Positions 39,701 through 55,833 of a DNA stretch of 64,000 nt are shown here, one piece after another (the first letter of the stretch is position 1; each line of letters opens with the position of its first letter). The notes beneath the pieces were generated by a model, which saw nothing but the letters and a program-made list of their open reading frames with translations, had not been told where the DNA came from and did not search any database. Origin of the DNA: Zygnema circumcarinatum SAG 698-1b (lineage: Eukaryota; Plantae; Zygnematophyceae); contig CM074813.1 in NCBI GenBank assembly GCA_037447605.1, positions 1,612,001 to 1,676,000 on the forward strand, given 5' to 3'. Made by a program: the position numbers and the translations under genes.

Positions 39701-42700
39701 AGACTCTACCGTCGTGATGGTGGGAGATGCATCACGATCGTTGCCAACTTCCTCGCCTGAACTGCTCCATTCAAAGCCTCGGCTAGTCTCGCAGAACAGC
39801 TTAGATTCAGTGGCTTCTCAGAAGGACGATATGCTGATAAAGATAGAGGTCATCCAAGCAGCTACCCGAAATTTCGATTCTCGAAATGTGGTCGGAAAAG
39901 GAGGCTTTGGAACCGTCTATCAGGTGTGTCTAAGATGCCAACAGCATTCTCTGTGGGCATTTCTTCGTGTGGCACTGCATAGTCAGAACACCTGTACTTC
40001 AGGGGAGCACATGGAATGATGCGTGTAACTCCTCACACCAATGATACGGCTAATAGTTTTCCCAAAGCTACAATATTCCTTACCCCATTTTTTTCAAATC
40101 TGCTGTGATCTTTGTGATTAATTCTCTGTCACTCTCAGCATCAAGCCTTTGCCTGCCAGAGAGAGTGACAGTTTAGAAAAGGGAGAAGAAGGGAAGGAAG
40201 AGAGAGAGAGAGAGAGAAAGAGCGGTGGATGTAGCACTTCTACTTGTTTTTCAACATGACATTATAACAGCATTGTGTGATTCCCGTTCTTCAGGGTGCT
40301 CTGTCCGATGGAACGAAGGTGGCAGTGAAGCGAATGGAGTGGGGCCCAATGAATGACAAGGGATTAGCTGAGTTTCGAGTAAGTGAAAGTCTTCACCGTG
40401 CCACATTAACAGCGTCCAACTCTTTACTAATTATCCCTTAAATCCAGATCTTTTCCTTCTATGTTTTTTGTCATTGCTATTCCATTATTTTCAAGCATAG
40501 GAGAGAGGATAGGGGAGTGGCATGGGGAGTGAACAGTGGGCAGGAGCACAGACTGGAGGGAAAGTGAGAGGGAAGAGAGGAGGGTGTTCTCCACCACTTT
40601 CGTTGGAAGAAATCAGTCCAACCGACCTTGCTAGGGAGGGGGAGAGGTGACGAGAGAGGGCTTGGAGCTGCTTTTCCCCCTTAACTGAAACTAATGATGA
40701 AGTCAGTCTAAGGCTTGTCTTTGAGATTAGAAAAGTGAAAATGGAGATACATACTGCCTATGCAGCCAAACTGACATCGAACTCTTGGTGGGAGAGGACT
40801 TTGTCAGGCTGAAGTCGGGGTGCTCACGAAAGTCCGACATCGTCATCTTGTGGGACTTCTCGGATATGTCATTGATGGCTACGAGCGGCTGCTCGTGTAC
40901 GAATTCATGGCTAAGGTGAAAATCTTTAAAGCGTAATTTTTTTCAGTGTTCTTTCATTTTCTAGGGTTTGACCCTCAAAATCATCAATGAACAGTGTACT
41001 TCAACTGTTGCTCAGGCAACGAATTCTATGCTCACGTGATTCTCTTGAATGAATGATTTCAACAGGGTCCCCTCAGCCGTCACCTATTTGAAAAGGAACG
41101 CTTTAATCTTCGACCGCTAGATTGGAAAACCCGCGTTTCCATAGCCCTAGATGTTGCCAGGGGGATGGAGTATCTCCACAGTCTCGCCCACACAAGCTTC
41201 ATCCATCGTGATTTAAAGCCGAGCAATATCCTACTTGACGACTCGTATCGTGCAAAGGTGTCGGATTTTGGATTGGTGAAGAACACTGATGGGCTGCAAT
41301 CGATTGAAACGAGGTTGGCGGGAACTTTTGGATATCTTGCACCAGAATATGCAGGTAAGTTTAGAAGCTTGGTTTGGAAATTTCTGTAACGCTTCGGAGG
41401 ATTCTGTATGTGTTTAGTTGATTATGAGCCCGCTCGCAAAGCATGATTGCCAAGTAGTGTGCGTGCCACCATGAGATTTGCTGCGGACAAATATAACTGG
41501 TAAGAAAGAACTGTGGACATAGCTGGGGGAATAGTTTATTATGCTCACACGGTGAGGCTCATGACACTTGAAGGGGTTGGTGGAGCAGTTACTGGTCGCG
41601 TGACAACGAAATCCGATGTTTACAGTTTTGGTGTGGTGCTGATGGAAATCATAACGGGAAGAAGAGCACTCGACGAAAAGCGGTCGGAGGAGCATGTGCA
41701 TCTTGCGTCCTGGTTTCCATCAGCAGCCTCAGAACAGGAAAAACTGCGAGAGGTAAGTCATGGGAAGGAAGGAGAGGAGAGGAGGAGCGCGAGAAGGGGT
41801 GCAGAGGGATAGGTGGGTGAGGAAGGGGGAGAGATGGAGCAAGGGTGGGAGGGGGCGGAGTGGACAGAAGAGAGGAGAGGATGTGGGAGTCGTGAGCATG
41901 GAAATAGGGAGTTGCAGAGAGGGGAAAAGAGGGAGGGAGGTAATGGGGGAGGTGAGGAGGGAGAGGAGAGAGCGAGGGAGCGAGCATGTCTTTCTCTCCC
42001 CTCCCTTCCTTTGATGTCTCAACTTTGCCATTGCGTGTTTTCCGCCCCCTCCTTTGATGAAGTGCGAAAAGCTTGTTATAACTCGGCATGGAGCCTAAGA
42101 AACTCCTGAATCTTAAGACTCCAAAACACCCAAAATCATGAATGAACCCTTGTTCTCCTCTCCTCTTACAGTTGCTGGACCCGTCCATGGAGCTGGAGGA
42201 GGAAGAGTGGCCTGCTGTGGTTGCTGTCGCAGAGCTTGCTGGGCACTGCGCTACAAGAGAGGCAAAATTGAGACCTCAAATGAGCAATGCAGTCGCTGTC
42301 CTGACTCCACTTGTGCAAGAGTGGAAGCCACAGGTGAGCCTGATGTCTCAAAATGGCACTATCAGAATTTGTGTTTCCTGGTCGTTTTAGGCTTTTGGTT
42401 TTGTCATCACTTTGGATCTTAGAGGACTCCTAAAACAAAATCCAAAAGATTGAAACAGTCTTAAGACTCCACGTGAAGCCAAGTGCGACACATCAGATAT
42501 TCGATGTCTGTTTTGGAGGCTATTCCCTTGTCTTCGTTAAACAAACTGAGATGGGAGACGGTGATTAATATGTTTGGGCTCTTGAGGGTTTCTCAGGACC
42601 CTTTGGAGGACACAACGGGAGGCATAGACATGACCATCAGTTTGGCGGAGGCTTTGGAGCAATGGAAGGTGATGGAGGATGGAGACGACCTTCCAGGAGC

Positions 42701-42833
42701 CTACCTCCCAGAGGCCATGGACTCTCCCTGCAAGCCTCTTCTAGGAGAGTTGGGGAGGTTAGACGACTTTCCTGAACCAAACACTTCCATGAGCATTCCC
42801 CCCTTCGATGAAAGGGCACTTGCTGCTCGCTAG
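36760..42833 (+). CDS. TMK: TMK-type (LRR-IX) leucine-rich-repeat receptor-like kinase, 8 exons
   Basis: Exons 36760-38723, 39692-39923, 40295-40378, 40808-40915, 41066-41354, 41589-41752, 42172-42333 and 42597-42833. LRRs are split by the TMK island FC...[18 protein letters not shown]...[10 protein letters not shown]. Then a Pro/Ser stalk, a TM helix and a kinase ([50 protein letters not shown]), with tail [16 protein letters not shown]. The start could be 36760, 36790 or 36865. Confidence 0.93.
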
Positions 42834-44041
42834 GCCCTCGTTATCTTTACTCCTTTCTCACTCTCCCTATCCCTTCCTCCCGTCTGAGCTCTCACTCTCG
42901 CCCTCCGCCCCTCCACATCCCCCCATCTCACGCTCTCTGCCCTCCTAACTCCCCCCCCTCCCCCCCCCCCAATTCTGGGACTATTCCTCCTGATGGCAAA
43001 AGCTCGCCCAGTAAGCGACTGCAAGCCTTTCTCTTGTTTTGAAGGAAGGGGCTCTCTGGGCCTAAGGTTAAATATTCTTTATTTATTGGACGAGGCAGTG
43101 GGCCGAAGTCAATGGCCAGGCAGCATGTGGTGATGCTTCTCAGGAGGCTGAGTTGGGCTGTAGGCCCGCGACGAGTAGCCAGCGTGAAAACGAATCTTGT
43201 TGCACATACATTTCTGGAAGCCCCCCTTAATACGATGACGGTTGAGTATTGCAGAATTTAGGCTTGAAGTTGTTGACTTTTGACTAGTTAGTTGACTTGT
43301 AGCTTAATAATAGGTCTGTCCCTCTCAATGGCGAGGGGATGGAAGCAGAGATCGAAGCGAGACTTGCGGCTAAAAGACGTCAGCCGGCCTCTCTTGTTTC
43401 CTGCCGTCCCAATTAGAGTATGTGTTGTGCGTCCTCCAGAGTCCCTGTCCTGTGGTAAGTAGGGCTGTGTAGGTACCTCCTTGATGGCTCCGCTGTGCTT
43501 GCAGTTGACATCTCGCATGAAATAGGGTATCATGACGGGAGGACGGATTTGGAAGATTTGTTTGGCCGCTGGGTTCTCTGCGCAGGCGCGTGTAAATATA
43601 TGGAGTTAAAAAACAAAATGAGTTAGATGTAGTTCTTTAATCAATTTAATTAACTAGTATTTTAACTAATTAAATATAAAATTTCTGTTTTTTCTTGTCT
43701 TTAAGTCAAATGTTGAATATGCAGGGTCGTGGAAGTTCGCGTGTATAAACGAGTAACATTGAAAGCTACTTTCACATCACTGGATTGAGTGTCGGTCTGG
43801 GATCCATGCTCGACCTTCTGTTATTGTGCATGAACTGGATGAGGAGCTGTCAAGCATATGCATGTAAATACCCGACATTCAAACAAACGAGGGCACAAGA
43901 CGTTGGCTTGAAGCCTGATGTTGTCTAACCCCTTGCCTTAACAAGGGAGAGTTTCGCTACCTGAGTCTCGAAATAAGCAGAGGTTCGAAATGTAAGCTTG
44001 ATGTGGTGGGGAGCTGTATCTAAGTCTGACCCCGCCTATTA

Positions 44042-44528
44042 CAGTGTACTCGCGTTACAGTGACCATGTCGGTCCCCACATATTTGTGTCACTATATCCG
44101 TAATGACCTGTTTGTCACTTCACATGTATAGTGATAATGTTATTACAGATGTTGTTTGCGGTATATCCGTACACCTTTGATACCGTACATTGTACTTTCT
44201 GGGCAGTCGTCACGTGGGTAGGTGTGTACGAACCCTAGTGAGCATGCGTACGGTAAAGTTGATGTGTACGGTCAAGTCGATATCTGACGGTATTTGTCGA
44301 TAATATGTACGGTCGTAATATATTTGTAACGTATATTCCGATACGTGGCTGGATAATATCGAAATTTTGAATATATAGTAACAATTAGGTCTTTTCAGAT
44401 GTCATTATATCCGTAACGATGTCACTACTGGCGCAGGATCTGCAGTGGTGCAATTCCGTTCCCGGAAAAAACGTCAGTATATCCATGTTGTCGCTATAAA
44501 AAAATGTCACTATAAAGCGAGTACACTG
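44042..44528. mobile_element. pogo/Tc1-mariner-type MITE (487 bp)
   Basis: 23-bp TIRs CAGTGTACTCGCGTTACAGTGAC match 21/23. Internal GTCAYTATATCCGTAA repeats near both ends. TA on the left; TT on the right, so the TSD is imperfect. Confidence 0.8.
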
Positions 44529-44569
44529 TTATAGTGTAGAAAACGAACCATTGTGGAGTGTGCGTTTAC

Positions 44570-44920
44570 CATCATGCCGGAGTCCATGAGACCATGACAA
44601 CTTGACGCACATGCATGAAACCATAAGTTGTTTCGGACCCATCACCATCGTTCTCGTCCACACCATCGACAACCATCATGGTGGTGAGCATCATCACAAT
44701 CATGAGAACATGACCATCCTTACCACGATGCCATCTCATCACCCCGATGGCCATTGTGTCCATGACAGTCGTGATCACCGTCATGACCATTGATGATCCG
44801 TCGCCTTTGTCACCACGACGATCACATGGGTCTGACGCCCATAGTCGCGTCATGGCCACCACCCGCCATCATGGGATGCGCAACCATCATCAATCATGTC
44901 ACAAGCATCCCCACCATATC
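44570..44920. repeat. Degenerate (CAT/CAC)n low-complexity tract
   Basis: Repeated catcac/ccatga units; the His-rich ORF here is a by-product. Confidence 0.7.
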
Positions 44921-45451
44921 TATCTATCTATCTGTCCACATAGCTCCATTTTACCACTCGCCATCGTGAGACCAATGCCACTTCCCTTTGGCATTTTACC
45001 ACTGCATTCATGGGTGAAGTTAGTTTATCAGTTTGCAAGTTTGTAGTTTGTAGTGTCGCACTCGAGTGGGCAACACCTTTCGCTACTTTAGGGGGGGGGG
45101 GCTCCACGTGGCGAGACTGACCAATCACAGCGTGCGTCCTCAAAATACATGCTGACGTGGCGATCCGTGATTAGCCCTGCCTTGCTTAGATTACTTTGGA
45201 GGGAGGCAGGCGGTGGCGGCAGTCCGCGCTAGCTGCGCTTCATACGGTTTGAATGCTGGGCAGCTCCGCTCCGCAGATTGCCGCCTTTTTTCGCCAAAGC
45301 AGGATTTCGGATTCCTTCTCGCAGCATCTCAAATCTCCTGCAGCCGCTCGCAGCTTCCAAGGATCAGTTTCTTTCTCTGCGGTTTTTTCCTTGTTTTCTG
45401 TCCCCTTTGACGTCCCTCCTTGTAGTTCTCCAACTTCCAGTCTTGTTCGAC

Positions 45452-47738
45452 ATGGCAGTCGGCCGAGAGCTGATTAAAAAGGCTATTTTGAAACGTGCTG
45501 ATGAATTCCGAATTCAGAAAGAGTAAGATTTTCTCGTCCTTGTGTTGTTTCTAAGGTTGTCTCTTCTTAGTGCATTTGAATGCGATGCTGGTCTGCCTGG
45601 AAAGTTACCGGTGATTGAAAGAAAGTGCTCACTGCTTTTGTATCGCAAGCCATATCATTCTGCGCAGCCTTCTGGCCTGTGTATTTCCCTGTGCGCCCAT
45701 TTGAAGAGTGAGACTATGCATTGGTTACCTTTAGTTGAACTTGATTATGATTCGTGACTTCTCAGAATGTCCTGAAGTTTTTCAATGCAGCACCATTACA
45801 ATGAAAGCGGTTCGGCGGCTGCTTGAGCGTGACCTTGGGCTTGAAACGAAGGGTTTGGACACTCACAAGACGTTTGTGGATGATTTGGTGGTTAAGGTAA
45901 GCGTCGCAGCGTAAGTATGGATTAAGCTTAAGTAGTAGTCAAAAAGTGAACGCTTTGAAGCAACTCTAATCTCCTGACTAGAACCGTCGTTTTATGGTTG
46001 AAGTTATTATCCTTGATGATTGGAAACGTTATATTACTCAGTTGACTAATTGTGAAAATATTGTATCGCTGGCATAACTCTTATAAGGCAGGTTATCAGC
46101 GGAGTGATTTCTGTGGACGCGTCCGAGCCAGCAAAGAAGCGATTGAAGTCAGCTGAAGCAATTGAGTGTGGAGAGAATGAGGCTGCGGTCGAAGCAGAGC
46201 ATGAGGGGGGAGGAGATGAGAAATTGAACGACGACGAGCAGGACGAAACAAATTTGGGTGCGGATTCCGGACCTGCGGATGGAGACATAGATAATGCCAT
46301 CGAGAATGAGGAAGTTGATGCCAGCGAGGAGGAATATGCTTCAAGTGAAGAAATAAACCTTACCATAAAGAAAAGGAAAGCGGCTAAGAAAGACCACTCT
46401 GACGAAGAAGATTCTGAAGAGGAAAAGGTAAGGAAGTCGAGAAAGCGGAAGCAGGAGAGTGACGAGGAGAGTGACGGATTGCAAGAGACAGATGATGAAG
46501 GCAGTGATGACGAACAAGATATGAAGAAAAGGACGAGGCAAGAAAAACAAAAGCAGCAAAAGGAGGTAAGAAGACTTGTAACATATACTTCCTTATGCCA
46601 ACGCCTAGATGAATACGAAGACATTGTATGACTATTTTTCAGGAGCTAAGTGTCCGTGAAACTTATTGCCATGGGCTGGACTGATCTGAGATTGCCGACG
46701 TCTGGACTGACCTTCCTCTCTGTCTGCCTATCTGTTTCTCTTGTGTTATTGTGGAACAGAGGAAGGTCGCTCCACCCAAGCCTGTTTACGGCAAGATGTT
46801 TGAAAAATTGAGGGAGATCTTCCAAGCCTGTGGTTTGAGGTACGCATACAACTTTAATGACTCAAGCTTATCAGGAACCGTCAATCAAGCTATAATTGCA
46901 TGGATCTTTTCTGAGAAAATATATGTGCTGGTGAATATTGCTGAAAGCAAAGCTTGAAATATGTTTTCTGGTATCCTTTAGAATATCACGCTGTCATACA
47001 AGTTTGCTTATGCAATTGTGGAATAAATAGTGAAAAGTTATGTTTATGTTCAGAATACCACCAAGCGTGTACCGAAAAGCTGGCCGAGCGTCTGGAAAGG
47101 AGAAGGATGAGATACTGGTGAAGGAACTGGAGGCTCTTCTGGAGAAAGAGGGTCTGTCAGCCGATCCTTCGAAAGAAGGTGAGAAAAATGCTGCAGCTCC
47201 TGAGGTTAATAGTGGCTTGAGATTTGCTTGCCAGATTTGGAAGCTAGGCTTGGTGCAGTGGCATGTTTCATGCTACTGATGGTGATCCGTATGACACTGT
47301 AAAAGTAGTGACCCTACATGACCTGGACCTTGTGAAATACTATTCAAGTTCAACAATCCTGAAAACTGTCACAAAAATCCTGTAGGGTCGTGGTGTTCGT
47401 TTTGCTAAGTTGACAACTTGAACTTGCAGCTGCATGCTTGACAAAAGTACGATAGTGCCGCTCCTTTTGTTAGCTTGCAATCACGGCAAATGGTCTGATG
47501 GCTTAAACTCGTTATTTTTGCAGAAATAAAGGCTGTGAAAAAGCGTCGTCAGAAGCAGAAAGAGTTGGAGGGCATCGACCTGAGCAATGTGATTGAGGAG
47601 CCACGGGGAAGGAGGGGCAGACCAACCAGCTTCGCGCCACCTCCAAAGTACAAAGTTGACGACGATGAGAGCAGTGGAAGTGAAGAAGTGGACGATGCTG
47701 ATGACGACGATGATGAGGAAGACGGTGCGTATATATGA
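45452..47738 (+). CDS. CHZ-domain histone chaperone (plant CHZ1/HIRIP3-like)
   Basis: Exons 45452-45522, 45791-45896, 46092-46565, 46760-46839, 47054-47178 and 47524-47738 (possibly spliced at 47724 to a short exon at 47989-48020). DEK-C-like TMKAVRRLLERDLGL, an acidic middle, IFQACGLRIPPSVYRK and the CHZ motif KELEGIDLSNVIEEPRGRR. Confidence 0.82.
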
Positions 47739-49084
47739 ATCTAGAAAGGAAGAACGACAAAGTAGCCCCCAATCTTGAGTGGCATCAGGTTATGTCATCC
47801 TCCACAGCTCATCAGTTTGCACAATTGATAACGGACTCTTGTGGGAAGGTTTTTTCTACATACAGCGCGGGTTTGCATCTGTCCTAAAATGTGCTCATTT
47901 TTTCCGTTGTGGAAAAGAGCTTGGTACGATGTTGTCTTTGTATGGGTGAAGCGCATCGTTTGTGCCCTTATGTTCCCTATCTCTGCAGGTCATCATCCAT
48001 TCACTGACTTCGTGTCTTAGCTGGCTTGAGCCTGACGAGATTGTGCTCCTTATTGTGAGTGCAGCGTTCCAAACTTCTGACGAGGACGTTTGAGGTTGTC
48101 TCGTCAAGAGGGGCCATTGTGCAGCTATGGCGCGAGCTCCCAATACCGGGTGAATCCGTAAACTGTTCAGTACCCGTGTTGTTTCAGGCTATTTACCAGT
48201 CACTCCCTTATGTTAATTAGTCTCCATACATGAAATGTTAGGTTTATTATTAGTCATCTATGCCTGCCGTGAGATCTGGCAACCAAGGGCGGTCACTCTG
48301 AGGCTGCTCACGAGAGTTTCAAATAAGTGAAAGCGCTTCTCCTTGACAGCATTCACAGCTATCAGTAGCATCTCTCCGAGGAGTTCAAGCAGCGATTAGG
48401 GTCGTCAGCCGTACATGTGTAAAGAGGCTGTGTAACAGCCAGGCACCAGTTCCTTCAGTGGTTTAGGATGCATCAGGTCAAGTTGTATACTGCATGGTGG
48501 TGTATGACGGCAGTGAAATAAGGACCATCGATTTCTTTTCTGCCAACGCCTATTTTCAGAGTTTGTCCTTAAGCCAATCGATTTTCCTTCACTATATGAT
48601 TGATCAAAAGTGCCTTTTTACCAACTCCTTTGGATGGATCAAAAAGTGATTCAGCACGATGAATCGCCACAGAGCTGATATCAACTTCAGCGGAATATTG
48701 CACACTCATAGTATCAAATGGAGGCGGACAATAAAAAATCAGTTAACAGTAAACTGCAGCTCCGTCCCTAATGAACAGAATTTTTTAAGAAAAAAAATAT
48801 CTGAGCCTCCCAACGTGGCACGGACCAAACTCATTTGCAAAACCCTAAAACTTGACTTGGACAGTTTCGGCATTCTTGGAAAGGTCCAAGGGATTTAGGC
48901 CTTTAGGATTTTCCGCTTTCCCGTGACGGTAATGTGTCCTTCCGCCTGCAGTGAACTGAGAATAGCGAGTTCTGCTGCAGGGCATAGAAGGGCACGTCCC
49001 TATCCTCTCCCCCCCCCCCCCCGCATTATCTCGCCCTCTCTCTCTCTCTCCCTCTCTCGCTCTCTCTCCCTCCCTCACACACTA

Positions 49085-51436
49085 CTACTTTTCGCCTCTG
49101 CTTGAGGTTCCCCAGCAGGAATCCCCACAGCAGCCGGTCCAGCCATATCCTTCCTCGTCCACCTCTCTTTCCCTCTCATTGCTCTTTTCTGCCTCATCGC
49201 TACCGTTTTCACTCCCCCTCCGCCCTCTCTCTCTCTTCCCCCCTCCCTTCCCGTTCTCCTCTGCCAATGCGTTCATACTCTGTGGACTCGGCCAGACCAG
49301 CTCGTCCTTCCCTCTTGATCGGTTCTGCTCTTCTCTCCCGCCACTCCCGCTTTTTCGAAATGAAGGTTCGATGCCCTCACCGACACTCCCCTCCCGCAGT
49401 CCACTCTCCCTTCCCCCGTTCCCTCCCTCTCCCTTACCCCTTCCACCTCGTCCTCCTCCTCCTCCTGTCCTCCTCACTCGCAGCCTCCGCAAACTCCGAC
49501 GAAGCGCCCCTTCTTCTCGAGCTTCACTCTCTCTTCTCTCCCTCGCCTCCCTCCCACCCTTTCCTCCATTTTCTCCCTCCCTACCCCGTCCCACGCTCCC
49601 ATCCACCCCTCTCCCCCCTTCCACAATCCTCGTTTCCAGACACACCTCTGAACCCTCCCTCCTCTCCGGACTTGCCATAAACCTCATCAGCCAGGCCCTT
49701 GTCCTCTCCATCGCCCACTCTGTCCCACTCCCTCCCCCCTCTCCTTCTCCTCTCTCCGACCCCACCATGCTCAGCCTCTCCTCCAACTCCGCCTGCAACG
49801 CGTCCAACATTTGCACCCTCTCATCAAACACATGCTGCGCCTCCGCCAACTTCACATGCACACTGTGCTCCCTCCACTTCTCCGCTATCGCCAGCGCCCC
49901 TCTCTCCTCCTCTACCTCCCTCCTCAACCTCTCTCTCTCCCTCACCGCCTCCTCCCTCTCTCTCTCTGCCGCCAATGCCAACGTCCTCCACTCTCCCATC
50001 TCCTTCTGCGTTGCGTTCAGTACTATCCCGAGGTTTGCACATAGCTCATGCACTTTGTCCTTTGCCTGCTTCTCCCTCGCCCAGTCGAGCCCCGCCCTCG
50101 CCACCATCTTATGGGCCTCCGCGAGTTCCCTGTTCCGTTCTGCGAGTTCCGCCCTCAGCGTTCCCATGGCTTCTAGAAGCTTCTTGTTGGAAGCTTCGGC
50201 CGCCGCCCTCGCGCGTCTCTCTCTCTCTAAGGGAGGTCCCCCTGAAGAAGGTCCTTCGCCTGCTCTATGGCGGCCATGGTCGAGGCTTAGGTCTAACAGA
50301 GGGAGGGTGTCGCCATGCTTTTTCTGAAAGGCAGGTTCGAGCCAAAGAACAGTATGAATAAAGGAGGGAGGAGGAGGGATGAGGGTGAGAGAGGGAGTGG
50401 AAGCTCGAGTGAGGGGAATTGGGAATGGGAATGACAGAAGGGGTGATGGGTGTGGAAAACGATGGGATTGGTTGTGTGTGTGAGAATGTAGGAGTGTGGC
50501 TGTACATTGTAGAGGAAACAGGAGCGGTTTGGTACTGAAGTGGGAGTAGGAGGAGGAGCGGGAGGGGGAGTGGGAGGGGGTGTTCAAGGACAGGGAAAGA
50601 GAGGGCTTACAGACTTCATTTCCGGAGAAGAAAAAACAATCGCGGGGGTGGGGGCCGGCTCCTCGCAGCGCATGATGACGCAGCTCACCAACGGCTCGAG
50701 CGAGCTGTCTGATGCTAATTCCGCAAGTGCTTCATTGCGCTTGACCACAAGCCTGACCTGCTCAAATGCAGCAGTTGAAACCAGTTAAATCATTTTAAAA
50801 CCTAGTTTGTTAACGTAGAAAATACCGAAAGATTTTCATCAGCTTCCATTTCCCCTTCCCTTCACCGCTGTTCTACATGAGCATTGAACCCATCGGTTTG
50901 TACAAAACCCGTTGAAAGTCGGGGAGTCGTCGAATTCGTCTCACCTTGACTGTGTCCTTGTCGCCACCATGGCTCACTTCCTTGACTTCCTTGACCTCTT
51001 TGACTTCTTTGACTTCTTTGAATTCTTTGACTTCCTTGCCTTCCTTGACCTCCTCGACTTCCTCTAATTCCCTGACTTCCTTGGCTTCTTTGACTTCCTT
51101 GACTCCCTCAGCGCCCTCAAGCCCCCTCTCGAGGCCCTGATCGCCCGCGCTCCCTCCCCTTCCCCCTTCCGCGACCACTCTCGCCTCGCTGCTGAAAGTC
51201 AGGGGGACGCCGACTTGCGTGAGCGAATGAGGTGCTGCCAGCTGTCCGGCCCCAGCTGGGCCTGGCGAATGGGGAGCCGACAGCTGTCTCGCGATCGGTC
51301 TGAGAGCATGAGGGGAAGCGAGCGGCTTGGTCTCCCTCTGAGAGGAGGCGGTCTCGACCTCCTCCTGTGAGAGAGGGGCCACGCGCCGAGTGGGAGTAAA
51401 GAGCAGCCACGGAGAGGAGGGGGAGCCTCCCTTCAT
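49085..51436 (-). CDS. Coiled-coil protein of the plant At5g41620/BRANCHLESS TRICHOME-like family
   Basis: Likely exons 51436-50945, about 50757-50611 and 50323-49085. ERERRARAAAEASNKKL...KVHELCANL...EEERGALAIAEKWREHSVHVKLAEA matches the family motif EEERxMLxxAExWREERVQMKL. The 5' exons are less certain. Confidence 0.65.
50976..51105 (-). repeat. 9-bp coding minisatellite (KEV)n
   Basis: Tandem ttgacttcc units encode VKEVKEAKEV... on the minus strand. Confidence 0.85.
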
Positions 51437-53357
51437 GGCGGACCTGCTTCGGGAAACTGAAGCCTGCGCTCCTCCCCTCTCTCTGCTCTCCGGTTCTCTC
51501 TCTCTCTCTCTTAGCTAGCTCTCTCTCTCTCTCTCGTCCTCTCGTGCCACCCTCCTGCTCTCTCTCGAGGTGAGTTAAGAACTGTTTGAACTGATTCGAT
51601 CTTTTTTCGCAGTTTGCGGCTACAAACACAAAGCGTCCCGTGCTTAAATGTTAAAAAAATTAAGAGCTATACCACTCCTAATAGTTATGTTTCGGTCTCC
51701 TTTCTCTCTCGCCTACTTTCTAAGTCAAATTCTCTCCGTGTCAATAATCTCCCCCCCTCTTTCTGCTTCGTTCTACACTTCTCCTGCCACCCTGTCGACC
51801 CTCCCCGTTTCTTCTATGCTCTCTCCCCTCCTCCACTCTCTCTCTGCCCCCTCCGTCTCCTTCTCCCTCTCCCGCTCTCTCTCCCTCTCGCACTCCTACT
51901 CCCTCTCCCTCTCCCTCCCCCTCTCCCTCCCCCTCTCCCTCCCCCTCTCCCTCTCCCGGCCCCACGTGCGCCCGCCCCCTGCCCCTCCCGCTGCCGACCG
52001 TAGCAGCCGCGGGCCGCGATTTCATGAAACATTGCGTGGCGCTGCCCGGGCCGACGGGCAGGCCGCGAATCGCTCCGCGGAGAGGAAAACGTCGGATGGG
52101 GCCAAAATTGGTCATACTTTAGAAAAACTATATTTTCGGCTGCTCTCGACTCCGGGCGGCAGGCAGCCGGCGGCAGCTACAGACAAAAGTTGATGCCACG
52201 TGGAGCCCAGGGAGAGTACGAACTGTACGAATATTTTAGTGTCAAGGCTTGGTACGCCGCCACGTGGCGCAACCACATCGATTTTTGGATTGGGAAAAAA
52301 ATCAAATGCCTGCCCGCCGCTGACAGGTATGAAAAAAGTCGGCACGGGCAGCAGTTGGGTTTTTTCTCTGAAAAGGACAAACTTTTGTCGTTTCGTGCCC
52401 CCTTACCGGACTGGTCGTTATCTTTCGTTGAGACCGTTAAGATACGGCCAAAAATGGCGCTTCGAGTGACGTCAATGAGCACTTCAAGTGATAAAGAAGA
52501 CAAGATTGCAGAGGTCACATTCAGGCCGTACCCGCATCGGGGGACTTCCACGTCTCTTGTCGGTTAGCGAGACGCCATTAAGTCCCGGATTTCCAAATGG
52601 GGGGGTCAAGCGAGCCACGAGTACCTGTAAACGGTAATACCGGTCGGTGCCTATTAAAGGTATTATATGACGAACGTTTTATTTATTTTTCTAAGAAATG
52701 ATTTTTCAAATTTGAAGTGGTACGAAAATTTGGTCCTCCGTGGCCGCTCGTGATTCCTTAATCTAATGACTGTACGGCTCCTCACTGACATTGGTACCGT
52801 ACGGTAACTTCATTCGTACGAACGTTTGGATTCTTCTAACGGTTCGATTTCTGACCGACCTCGTTCGAATTTTCACAAACCTAAAACCTTTGAGCGCCAT
52901 AAGTCAAAGGATCTAAGATCTGCGGAGTTGACTGGTTTCATAGGCCGTACATTGGTTTACGGAATGTCGAGTTTTCATGATGCGAATCCATGTGGCGAAC
53001 TTCTAACTGCATGTTAAGCGTAACGTTTAAACTGCCACAGCTGCGCAGGCATTTAACTGGCTCTCTCTTCATGTAAAGTCGCAGTTACTGTTCCAGTCAT
53101 AGTCGACGGTTAACTGGATCATACTTCAGCCTCCCTCGGTTTCTTGGTCAATGCTTCGTCGCTTTTGACCTAATTTTGAGGACGGCGGAGTTGCAGGAGG
53201 ACCTTGGGCTTTTGAAGGTTTTTAGGGTCGGATCAGCGAGAAATTTGGGCTTTGGAATCAATCATTCCGTGCTCCAAGTAACTCTGAAATCACTAAGTGG
53301 GTTTTTTTGCAACACAAGCTTTTGAAATCCTGCTTCTGGAAGTGCTTCTGCAACTGA

Positions 53358-55833
<2,476 letters not shown>

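Noticed and set aside
43900-44030. tRNA gene or tRNA-derived SINE (ggttcgaaa, B-box-like)
   Set aside because: No cloverleaf, A-box or tail could be identified.
49102-50361. Long + strand ORFs (382, 220 and 192 aa)
   Set aside because: Antisense shadows of the GA-rich coiled-coil exon.
52085-52402. Possible old TIR element around two G-boxes
   Set aside because: The inverted similarity is weak and I found no TSD.
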